From contig DAOVER010000015.1 in assembly GCA_030668875.1 (NCBI GenBank), forward strand, positions 1-32,000: 32,000 bases of DNA. Direction: 5' to 3'. Positions 8,097 through 16,390 of the stretch are shown one piece after another. Source of the DNA: Candidatus Heimdallarchaeota archaeon (GTDB lineage Archaea > Asgardarchaeota > Heimdallarchaeia > Heimdallarchaeales > Heimdallarchaeaceae). The notes beneath the pieces were generated by a model. The model searched no databases, was not told the DNA's origin, and worked only from the letters and a program-made list of their open reading frames with translations. How positions within the stretch are numbered: the first letter of the stretch is position 1; the number at the start of each line of letters is the position of its first letter. A program made the translations under genes and the position numbers.

Positions 8097-9500
8097 ATGT
8101 TTAACATTAAAATCTCCTTAGTGACTTCATCAGGTCTTCTACTAGCTTCTAAACCTGAATCGGTAGACGATACTCAGCAGATTTTAGCTACTGAGTTGAT
8201 GACTGCATTAATTTCCTTTTCCAAAGAAGTCCATCATCGAGAATTACAATCTATTTCTTACCATGATAGAACTATTTCTTTTATCAGACTATTCGATTTT
8301 GTAATAATTATTGAGACTCTAGCTGAAGACGACGCTTTATCAGAAAAACAAATTAGTCAGTTGCTTGAGCATCTACAAAAATGTATCTCTCCTCTCTTAG
8401 AAAATGTGGACGTTGATACTCTCACTGAGGGACAAGCAGAGTTAATTCTTGAGAGCAGTTTGCAAGAGATCTCTCAATTACAATATAGTATTACAGAAAA
8501 ACCGTTTGCAGCGGGAGAGAAGGCCACTTTCAAATTAAACCATCTTTCAAAAGGATGGGAGATACTTGATAAAGAGGGAGAAGGCTCACACATTCCTATT
8601 ATCGCTCTCATGTTGGAAACATTAAAAGTTAATAAAACAATGCAAAATGGCATTAGTTGTATTGTTAATCAGATTCCTAATGAAAACTGTAGTACATTTA
8701 CAATAACCATAACTGAATATAAGATTACAGAAGTAGGTATTCTTAAACTTCCTATAAAATCAGATTTAACGCTGTTTAGATTGTTCCCATTAATGAAGAA
8801 AAACATTGAAAGACTTTATGATGAAGATGAAAGGAATTTTGATTATATTCTTACTTCTCTTATGGATATTGAAGATCCGGGTTCAAGGATTTCTAAATTT
8901 AATCTTGAAGATCTCTCACCTTCTTTCCTTGATAAAACTTTAGGAAAAAATCTTGACAAAGTAATATACAGCACGATTGTTGGTGATGGAATATTAGTTG
9001 TTGGAGATAAGCCAACAGTTAGATTGATTATTGATGCTCTTTCAATCATGAATCAACATCTACATACTACAGTTAATGTCTGGATTAGTCCTACTGATCT
9101 GACTTCAGAAGAAAAATGCATGTTGGAAACTCGTATTTGCGGAATGAATTCTCAGATTTATGACAGAATAAAAGAAAATGAAAAACTCTTAGAAAATATG
9201 ATAATTGTCAACTTAGATACAGGAAAAGTTATAGCAACAAAATCAAGTATTTACTTCAAAAAATTATTTGACACAGTTAAGAAGCTGAAAGTGGATGAGA
9301 TAAGTACAAAAATGAGCCAAGAGTTAGACAAACTCGCATTAGCTGCTTTAACTATTACTTCCTTTGGTCTAATAGGTAAGAATAAGGGAAAAGAGAAACT
9401 TAAAGCGTTTATATCAAGTTCTGAATATCCAGCTAGTTTCATAAAAAAAGCTCTTGAATTAGCAATAAAAATGAATCCGCTTCTAGATTACTTACAGTAA
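8097..9500 (+). CDS. Longin-domain protein with DENN/folliculin-like C-terminal region (paralog A)
   Basis: The N-terminal ~125 aa follow the longin beta-beta-alpha-beta-beta-beta-alpha pattern (SLVTSSGLLLAS / LMTALISFSKE / LQSISYHDRTISF..FVIIIET / helix). C-terminal VIYSTIVGDGILVVG..LIIDALSIM..ICGM..IVNLDTGKV resembles a DENN core. Longin call moderate; DENN call weaker. Confidence 0.65.
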   Translation: MFNIKISLVTSSGLLLASKPESVDDTQQILATELMTALISFSKEVHHRELQSISYHDRTISFIRLFDFVIIIETLAEDDALSEKQISQLLEHLQKCISPLLENVDVDTLTEGQAELILESSLQEISQLQYSITEKPFAAGEKATFKLNHLSKGWEILDKEGEGSHIPIIALMLETLKVNKTMQNGISCIVNQIPNENCSTFTITITEYKITEVGILKLPIKSDLTLFRLFPLMKKNIERLYDEDERNFDYILTSLMDIEDPGSRISKFNLEDLSPSFLDKTLGKNLDKVIYSTIVGDGILVVGDKPTVRLIIDALSIMNQHLHTTVNVWISPTDLTSEEKCMLETRICGMNSQIYDRIKENEKLLENMIIVNLDTGKVIATKSSIYFKKLFDTVKKLKVDEISTKMSQELDKLALAALTITSFGLIGKNKGKEKLKAFISSSEYPASFIKKALELAIKMNPLLDYLQ

Positions 9501-9516
9501 ATAGTCCTTTTTCCTC
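9501..9516 (+). repeat. Left target-site duplication ATAGTCCTTTTTCCTC
   Basis: Exact 16-bp copy at 10521-10536; abuts the TGT end of the IS. Confidence 0.93.
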
Positions 9517-10520
9517 TGTTAACTCCACCCACATTGGTGACAGTTAAATAAGAGGGGTTACAGTGGGCATGTGACCAAACATGAACCCAAACAGTAACCC
9601 GATGCTTATAAGGAAACGTGTAGTTAAAAAGGCTTTGAAAAGAATACCAATCACCCACATAGCAAGACAACACATGGTGTCAAGGAAATTCGTCTACAAG
9701 TGGATTAGACGGCATAGTGAAAATCCTGAAGGAGAATGGTGGGAAGAACGCTCTCGGCGACCAAGGAGAATAAGGAGAAAGGTAACACCACAGATAAGAG
9801 AGAAGATCATCAAGCTCAGGAGAGCTTATGGCTTGAACATCATGCAGACTGAACAATGGTTCAGGAGGAAGGGACTAGTGCTCTCCCACACCACCATCTG
9901 GAAGACCCTCCAACGAGAAGGAGAACCCCCTTGGAGAAAGAAACCGTACAAGAAGAAGGCGAGAAAGAGATTCGAACGCCCACGTCCCAATGACCTCTGG
10001 CAACTGGATATCAAAGGTCCCTTCTGGGTAGAAGAGCAGGGACAACACCTCTACCTCTTGACGGTGATTGATGACCACTCCCGCTTCCTGCTGGAGAGTA
10101 GACTCTACCCCCATCCTATCAGTCAGCAAGAGATCTTGACAAGGTTACAGCAGTGCTTCCAGCTTTATAGTCGTCCCAAGCAAGTTCTAACAGACAATGG
10201 TGCACAGTTCCACGCTATGCGAGGGGGGACAAGTACCTTCACTCGAGTGCTCGCTCAGGAAGGAATAAAACATATCCGCAGCCGTGTCTTCCACCCTGAG
10301 ACTTGTGGGAAGGTCGAGCGTCAGCATGGTACAACTGTCAGAGAGCTGAAGAGGTTAAGATTAAAATATTGTAATGCCGACCTCCGGCACTATAAGGACT
10401 ACTACAACTTCTTCCGTCCTCATCAAGGAATCAACCTCCAAACTCCAGGTGAAAGATTTATGAACCAAGCTCCCAAAGATATCCTGCCCAAAAGTGTAAC
10501 CGATCTTAGTTGAGTTAACA
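9517..10520 (+). mobile_element. IS481-family insertion sequence, 1004 bp, apparently intact
   Basis: 5'-TGT...ACA-3' ends. 26-bp imperfect terminal inverted repeats match at 20/26 positions, with the first 9 (TGTTAACTC) identical. Single DDE transposase, 16-bp TSD, visibly GC-richer than the host. Confidence 0.93.
9581..10513 (+). CDS. IS481-family DDE transposase
   Basis: N-terminal HTH (IARQHMVSRKFVYKWIRR), WQLDIKG, IDDHSR, LTDNGAQF, GKVER, YNFFRPHQGI. The stop codon lies inside the right TIR. Confidence 0.93.
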   Translation: MNPNSNPMLIRKRVVKKALKRIPITHIARQHMVSRKFVYKWIRRHSENPEGEWWEERSRRPRRIRRKVTPQIREKIIKLRRAYGLNIMQTEQWFRRKGLVLSHTTIWKTLQREGEPPWRKKPYKKKARKRFERPRPNDLWQLDIKGPFWVEEQGQHLYLLTVIDDHSRFLLESRLYPHPISQQEILTRLQQCFQLYSRPKQVLTDNGAQFHAMRGGTSTFTRVLAQEGIKHIRSRVFHPETCGKVERQHGTTVRELKRLRLKYCNADLRHYKDYYNFFRPHQGINLQTPGERFMNQAPKDILPKSVTDLS

Positions 10521-10536
10521 ATAGTCCTTTTTCCTC
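10521..10536 (+). repeat. Right target-site duplication ATAGTCCTTTTTCCTC
   Basis: Exact copy of 9501-9516. Confidence 0.93.
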
Positions 10537-10597
10537 CAATAAGCTTTTAAATCTATTAAATTTTAATATCTTTTGTTAATTGAAAAAGTGATTAGAG

Positions 10598-12040
10598 ATG
10601 ATAGCAACGCCAAAGGAGATACAAGAAGAAAACAAACCCAAAATGAAAAGAATAGCTTCTTTAGATTTTCAAAGAGGTTTGGCGATATGGATGATGGTTT
10701 TCTTACATGTTTTCGATCACATATGGGACTTCTCAAGTGTCGGACTTAATGATCTTTTTACAACCTTAAACTTTGGACTATCTTTAGTCATGGTAATAAT
10801 GGCTTTTTTTGGTGGATTTGCAGGTTACTTTATCTTAATCTCCTCTGTTGTAAACAGTCTAGCAACAACAAAAAGTGCTATAAAAAGAACACCCCCCGGG
10901 AAATTATTATTCAAAAGAATTCTAACTGGCGTTGGTATTTTAATAGCTGGAAGAATAACTGAAACTTTTGGATATTACGGTTATTTTGGAAGAGTACTTC
11001 GTTCTGGTGATTCAATACTTGCAGCTTCAACTTGGACAGATCCTTTTGCACTCTCATTTTTCTGGAGAAGGATATTCATGATGGAAGCCCTCCAGATTAT
11101 AGGCTGGTGTCAAATTATTACAGGTGTAGTAGCTTTCTTCCTTGTTAGGAATGGTGGTGCAAAGAAATTAGCTCGTAACTTGATTATTTACTCTGGTTTA
11201 GCGGTTGTTATTTTAGTGGCAACTCCATTCATGTGGAACTGGATTGATAATCTAAATTGGTCTAATCTTCCTTCTGCAGGATTACTCGCAGATTGGGATT
11301 TAAATAATGCTGATCTTTATCATAACGCGTGGCCTAGCGAAGCTTTACAGTCAGAAAATGCTTCATTTCTAGCATATCTTTGTGTGATATTAACAGGAGA
11401 TTTGTACCCCATTTTCCCATTCTTAGCAACTTCTTTTATAGGCTCAGCATGGGGATTACTACTCGCCAAACCTAAACCTTCGAAAAAACTACCTCTTTAT
11501 GGGGGACTGGTAACTTTAGGTATCTTTGTAATAGGAGCAGTGCTAAATATCATCCTTGGTTTTGATTTAAACTTCCAACGCCCACCTATGCAATACTTCT
11601 TCCTTCTGTTAGGAGCACAATTTGGAATAATGATACTTCTACTATGGTTAGTAGAATATAGAGGAAAAGCACAGAAATTTGGTAACAACATTATTGTGAA
11701 ATATTTCAGGTTATGGGGAACAATAGCTCTCTCAGTATTTAGTTTGCAAATTTGGTCACTTGTGCCGAGAGCAATTTTGAACCCTATCTTCAATATTAAT
11801 CTGATGAATGAGAAGTTTCCACTAAAATATGGCTGGTGGGTTATATTATTTGCAGTGTTGACCATTCTCTGTTATGACCTGTTGTTCTGGTTGTGGGCTC
11901 AAATAAATTTCATTTTCAGTTTCGAATGGTTCATAATTAAATTGGGAAGTTTGCCTACCAAAAGTGTCTCAAGAAGATTAAATGTAAAAGAGATATTGCA
12001 TGGCGTAGAATGGATGGATTATAAAGAAATGTCAGAATGA
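10598..12040 (+). CDS. DUF1624 / heparan-alpha-glucosaminide N-acetyltransferase-like polytopic membrane acyltransferase
   Basis: N-terminal RIASLDFQRGLAIWMMVFLH (RxxxxDxxRGxAxxxMxxxH), EALQIIG and multiple TM helices. Substrate unknown. Confidence 0.65.
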   Translation: MIATPKEIQEENKPKMKRIASLDFQRGLAIWMMVFLHVFDHIWDFSSVGLNDLFTTLNFGLSLVMVIMAFFGGFAGYFILISSVVNSLATTKSAIKRTPPGKLLFKRILTGVGILIAGRITETFGYYGYFGRVLRSGDSILAASTWTDPFALSFFWRRIFMMEALQIIGWCQIITGVVAFFLVRNGGAKKLARNLIIYSGLAVVILVATPFMWNWIDNLNWSNLPSAGLLADWDLNNADLYHNAWPSEALQSENASFLAYLCVILTGDLYPIFPFLATSFIGSAWGLLLAKPKPSKKLPLYGGLVTLGIFVIGAVLNIILGFDLNFQRPPMQYFFLLLGAQFGIMILLLWLVEYRGKAQKFGNNIIVKYFRLWGTIALSVFSLQIWSLVPRAILNPIFNINLMNEKFPLKYGWWVILFAVLTILCYDLLFWLWAQINFIFSFEWFIIKLGSLPTKSVSRRLNVKEILHGVEWMDYKEMSE

Positions 12041-12068
12041 CCCCATTTAGTATTTACGACTAGTAGAA

Positions 12069-12084
12069 AAGAAATTTACTTATA
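12069..12084 (+). promoter_or_regulatory. BRE/TATA-like promoter core AAGAAATTTACTTATA (second copy)
   Basis: Starts 39 nt upstream of ATG 12108; identical to 8054-8069. Confidence 0.65.
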
Positions 12085-12107
12085 GAGATTATTGGTAAAC
12101 ATACTAA

Positions 12108-13505
12108 ATGGATAATATCAAGCTCTCTTTAGTATCATATTCTGGTCTTCTGCTTGCGTCTAAGCCTGAAACAGCTGATGATACTCAGCAGATACTTGCA
12201 TCGGGTCTTATTTCAGCAATAATCACTTATGCTAAAGAGGTGCATCATGAAGATTTGCAATCTATTTCCTATCACGACAGAACAATTTCTTTTGTTAAGT
12301 TTCAGGAATTTGTTTTTATTGTTGAGACCTTAGATAAAGAATTCACATTTACAGAAAGACAATCAAAACAGCTGCTAGAACAAATCAAATTGAGTGCGTT
12401 TTCCCTACTTGATGAACGTAATTCTGACCTAATTTCAGAAGGAGAGGCGCAATTGATACTAGAACACTGTTTTCACGATATTAATAGTTTGAATATTATC
12501 TTAACCCGTTACCCTCTGAAAAATCTTATTCCAGAGATATTTACTATTCAACATAAAGTTAAGGGTGTTGAGTTTATTGAAAATAGTTCAGATAGAGCTT
12601 ATCATAGATCTATTGCTAAGATTATAGATAAAAATATCCTCAGTGTAAATCAAGAAATAAAAGCTCATAGTTTTTTAACTCTAATTCCTGAACATAAAAA
12701 AACATTTTACGTGATTTTTAATACAGACGGTTTTACAACAAAAGTTGGCTATTTTATTATTCCACAAGAATTAGATTATACAATGTTTAGAATCTATTCT
12801 ATGTTAGAGCGATTGATTAAGAGTTACACTGGAAGTAGACAGAATTTTGAGTTTATAGATTTACTTGTAGAATTACAAGAATATGAAGATTCTGGTAATA
12901 AATTTTCTATGATTGATTTGGATGAGATCTCTCTCTCAACACTTTCAAATATGACTCGTAAAGACTTAGATATTGTTTTATTTGCTGCTCTTTCAGGTAA
13001 CCCTATTTATGTTGTAGGAGGTAAATCTGTCTCAAAGTTGCTTGTTGATACACTTTCCATCTTTACTCAACATCTTAGCTTCAATGTTGCCGGCTGGATC
13101 ACAGAGGATGATTTATCCAAAGTAGATTTCAATATATTTCTTCGAGGAATTGTTGGAATGTCTTCGAGTACTTATCAATCGATATTACCCCTTATTCATA
13201 ACAAGGAAATGATAACTGTGATAGATCTTGAAGAAGATGAAATAAAAGGTCCAAGCGCTAGTTCATATTTCATTCAGTTTTTTGATAAAATCAAAAAGAA
13301 AGATCCTACAAAAGCTTCAGTTATAATTTTTCAAGAATTGAAAAAACTTGTATCTTTGGCATATATTATCACATCAATAGGTATGAAGGAAAGAAGAGAT
13401 TATCAAACTCTTTTGAAAGAATTGAGTATTCAATTTCCGTATCCCATTAGTTTCATTGAGAAAGCTCTAAATCTTGCAAAGCAAAGAAACAAGTTTCTGG
13501 AATAA
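12108..13505 (+). CDS. Longin-domain protein with DENN/folliculin-like C-terminal region (paralog B)
   Basis: 52/75 identical residues with paralog A over the N-terminus (manual count). Longin motif GLISAIITYAKE. C-terminal VLFAALSGNPIYVVG..LLVDTLSIF..GIVGM..ITVIDLEED. Confidence 0.65.
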   Translation: MDNIKLSLVSYSGLLLASKPETADDTQQILASGLISAIITYAKEVHHEDLQSISYHDRTISFVKFQEFVFIVETLDKEFTFTERQSKQLLEQIKLSAFSLLDERNSDLISEGEAQLILEHCFHDINSLNIILTRYPLKNLIPEIFTIQHKVKGVEFIENSSDRAYHRSIAKIIDKNILSVNQEIKAHSFLTLIPEHKKTFYVIFNTDGFTTKVGYFIIPQELDYTMFRIYSMLERLIKSYTGSRQNFEFIDLLVELQEYEDSGNKFSMIDLDEISLSTLSNMTRKDLDIVLFAALSGNPIYVVGGKSVSKLLVDTLSIFTQHLSFNVAGWITEDDLSKVDFNIFLRGIVGMSSSTYQSILPLIHNKEMITVIDLEEDEIKGPSASSYFIQFFDKIKKKDPTKASVIIFQELKKLVSLAYIITSIGMKERRDYQTLLKELSIQFPYPISFIEKALNLAKQRNKFLE

Positions 13506-13625
13506 TGTCTTTAGTTTCAATAAGTTCACAGTTATTGCATTATTTTTGAGGAGGAGGTCTAAAGACTTGTATTCTCTTTTTTTAGACACATTTAGTTAAA
13601 TTAATAAGTAGAGAAATGAAATAAA

Positions 13626-13643
13626 GTTTCGGTAAGCCAAAAT
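13626..13643. promoter_or_regulatory. Predicted DtxR-family operator GTTTCGGTAAGCCAAAAT in the sufCB promoter
   Basis: 14/18 identical to the operators at 25005 and 25026. Lies 17 nt downstream of TATA-like TTAATAAG (13601-13608). Confidence 0.7.
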
Positions 13644-13709
13644 TTGTGAAGTCCTTACACTAGGTTTCAAATTTGTATTTACTAAGAAAGAGTGACATTA
13701 GAAATAATA

Positions 13710-14486
13710 ATGGGTGAAATAATGCTAGATATTAGGAATCTTAATGTTTCAGTTGAAGGAAAGGAGATCTTGCGTAATGTGAATATCACTTTACGCGATG
13801 GAGAAGTTCATGCACTTTTTGGTCCAAATGGTAGTGGTAAGACTACATTAATTATGACAATTATTGGTTATCCTCAATTTGAAGTAACTAAAGGTGAGAT
13901 AATCTTTGAAGGAGAAAATTTGCTTGAACTAGAAATTGATGAAAGAGCTAGATTAGGAATTGGTGTAGCTCAACAGAGACCACCCACAATTAAAGGTGTA
14001 AAATTAAGAAATATAATTGATTTCTACTTAAGAAATAATCCTGAGAAGGTAGACTATATTTCTAAACAAATAGAAAAATTTGAAATGCAAGATTTCATAG
14101 ATAGAGAAGTTAACGCTAATCTGTCAGGTGGAGAGATAAAAAGATCAGAAATTTTCCAAATGGTTTTATCATCGCCTAAGTTCTTTATACTTGATGAACC
14201 AGATTCAGGAATCGATCCGGAGTTTTTAGGTAAAATCGGAGCGATGCTTACTGAAATATTACGATCAGAAAAGAAACAAGATCAAATAATTACTAGATCT
14301 TCGGGATTAATTATAACTCACACAGGAGACATATTGAATTATTTTAATGCGGATTTAGCACACTTAATGATGAATGGCACTATTGGTTGTACAGGAAATC
14401 CACAAGAGATGCTGGAACAAATACAACAACATGGTTATGAATATTGTATAAAATGCAATAGAAGGAAAAAAGGGGTTTGTGATTAA
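13710..14486 (+). CDS. sufC: Fe-S cluster assembly ATPase SufC (SmsC type)
   Basis: GPNGSGKT, LSGGEIKRSE, DEPDSG, LIITHTG, C-terminal GYEYCIKC. The start may be GTG 13692, ATG 13710 or ATG 13722. Confidence 0.92.
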   Translation: MGEIMLDIRNLNVSVEGKEILRNVNITLRDGEVHALFGPNGSGKTTLIMTIIGYPQFEVTKGEIIFEGENLLELEIDERARLGIGVAQQRPPTIKGVKLRNIIDFYLRNNPEKVDYISKQIEKFEMQDFIDREVNANLSGGEIKRSEIFQMVLSSPKFFILDEPDSGIDPEFLGKIGAMLTEILRSEKKQDQIITRSSGLIITHTGDILNYFNADLAHLMMNGTIGCTGNPQEMLEQIQQHGYEYCIKCNRRKKGVCD

Positions 14487-15734
14487 ATGTATAATAATAG
14501 ACATAAAAGAGGAATACAATCAAACAAAGAGCAATTTGACATTATAGATCTAGATGAAGAGGATGTTCATAAACTAAAAGAAAATCTTCCATCCGAGATT
14601 CGTTCATTAGATGAAATGAAAGCAAAAGATGTCCAAACCTTGGCAGAGGTAGGAATGTTGATGGATGAAAGTAATCGTTCAGGAACTTATTTGTGTTATG
14701 GACAGTATGGTTTTGTTACTGCACAATTCATTGAGGGACTTGAGTGCATCCCAATAGCAGAAGCATTAGAAAGATATCTTTGGTTGAAAGAAAAATATTG
14801 GTTCAAAGCAATAAGAAAAAATGAAGATAAAATTGTTGAAACCATTTCTAACTCAATTCCAAGAGGCTTTTTCATAAGAGTAAGAAAGGGTTACAAAATA
14901 AAAAAACCCTTCCAAGCTGCATTATATATGACAAGGAGTACTAGGGTACATGGTCTTCATAATATTATAATACTAGAAGAAGACTCAGAATTGACACTTC
15001 TTACCGGATGCACAAGAGCACATGATGCCAAGAAGGGTCTGCACCTAGCTATTTCAGAGATATATATCGGAAAAAATGCTAAACTTGTTAGTACAATGAT
15101 TCATAATTGGGGACCAAACTTTGATATTGAGCCTAGAACCTGTACCATTGTTGAAGAGGGTGGTATATTTATAAATACGTATTGTTCAACCAACCCTCCA
15201 AGAACAGTCCAGATGTATCCATTCACACATTTACAAGGAGATAATTCTTCAGCGAAGTATGCGTCTATAATTTTGGGAACACCTAATACCTATTGCGATA
15301 TTGGGGGAACAATTTTGATGGAAGGGACCAACAGTGGTGCAGAGATATGTGCTAGAGCTGTTTGCAAAGGAGGAAATATTGTTCAAACAGGTTTAATCAT
15401 AGGGAAAGGGGAAAATTGTCGCGCACATGTTGATTGTGCAGGACTTATGATGAGTAATGAAGGAATGATAGAGGCAACACCAGCGTTACGAGCACTCAAT
15501 CCTAATGCTAGAATGAGTCATGAGGCTTCTATTGGACGAATTGCTCCAGGAGAGTTGGTCTATTTGATGTCGAAGGGTTTCACAGAAGAAAAAGCATTAT
15601 CGACAATAATTAGAGGGTTCATAGATCCAGGAATTGAAGGCATATCCCCAGAATTAGATGCTGCTTTAACAGAAGTAGCAGAGATTTCAGGTCATGGTGA
15701 AGAATGGGATGTGATTCCGATTAGAAATAGATGA
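14487..15734 (+). CDS. sufB: SufB/SufD family Fe-S scaffold (SmsB type)
   Basis: Beta-helix-type sequence with HNIII, TGCT, MIHNWG, AHVDCAGL, HEASIGRIA, IIRGF. Immediately follows the sufC stop. Confidence 0.88.
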   Translation: MYNNRHKRGIQSNKEQFDIIDLDEEDVHKLKENLPSEIRSLDEMKAKDVQTLAEVGMLMDESNRSGTYLCYGQYGFVTAQFIEGLECIPIAEALERYLWLKEKYWFKAIRKNEDKIVETISNSIPRGFFIRVRKGYKIKKPFQAALYMTRSTRVHGLHNIIILEEDSELTLLTGCTRAHDAKKGLHLAISEIYIGKNAKLVSTMIHNWGPNFDIEPRTCTIVEEGGIFINTYCSTNPPRTVQMYPFTHLQGDNSSAKYASIILGTPNTYCDIGGTILMEGTNSGAEICARAVCKGGNIVQTGLIIGKGENCRAHVDCAGLMMSNEGMIEATPALRALNPNARMSHEASIGRIAPGELVYLMSKGFTEEKALSTIIRGFIDPGIEGISPELDAALTEVAEISGHGEEWDVIPIRNR

Positions 15735-15778
15735 AAATAACAAAGGTAAGGAGAATAAAAGAAAGGTTGTGATAAGAA

Positions 15779-16339
15779 ATGAATGTAACGATAATAGATT
15801 ATGTAATGTACATGTTGTTGAGAATGAGAGATATCGTTGGTTATCCCTTTAAACCTAAAAAAGAATTGAAAAAACTTAAAATCAGAAAAGATGACACTAT
15901 ACTTGATTTTGGATGTGGAGTAGGGTCTTTTACGATTCCATTAGCACAGATCATAACAAAGGGAACAATCTATGCTTTAGATAAACAGCGATATGCTACA
16001 GAAACTGTTGAAAGAAGAGCAATAAGGAAAGGAATTCAAAATATTGAAACAATAATATCTAATGGAGAAACAAGTCTAGAAAATGAAACTGTTGATGTTG
16101 TTATGCTTTTTGGAGTGTTACCAGAAATTAAAGACAAAGAGAGAGTTCTTAATGAGATGTATAGGATTTTAAAACCCAAAGGTTTTTTATCTACTCGATT
16201 TTGTTTCCACATCTCAAAAGAAGAAATAATTGAATTAATGGAAAAAACAGGCTTATTCACATTTATTGAACAGAAAGGAAAAATCCTCAATTATAGGAAG
16301 AAAGAGATCATAAAAGAAATAGACTTATCTGTTGGATAA
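15779..16339 (+). CDS. Class I SAM-dependent methyltransferase
   Basis: Motif I ILDFGCGVG, acidic residue in YALD, VDVV, LKPKG. Confidence 0.85.
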   Translation: MNVTIIDYVMYMLLRMRDIVGYPFKPKKELKKLKIRKDDTILDFGCGVGSFTIPLAQIITKGTIYALDKQRYATETVERRAIRKGIQNIETIISNGETSLENETVDVVMLFGVLPEIKDKERVLNEMYRILKPKGFLSTRFCFHISKEEIIELMEKTGLFTFIEQKGKILNYRKKEIIKEIDLSVG

Positions 16340-16390
16340 AGTGAATGAATAACATAATCAAGCTTTTTCTTTTAATTCATTTCATTAATA

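Noticed and set aside
9488-10129. Minus-strand ORFs across the IS481 left end and body
   Set aside because: They overlap the TIR and the transposase antisense, with no motifs or translation signals.
13507-13566. 8-bp inverted repeat GTCTTTAG / CTAAAGAC after longin-DENN gene B
   Set aside because: 44-nt spacer, low stability and no riboswitch or ncRNA signature; compatible with chance.
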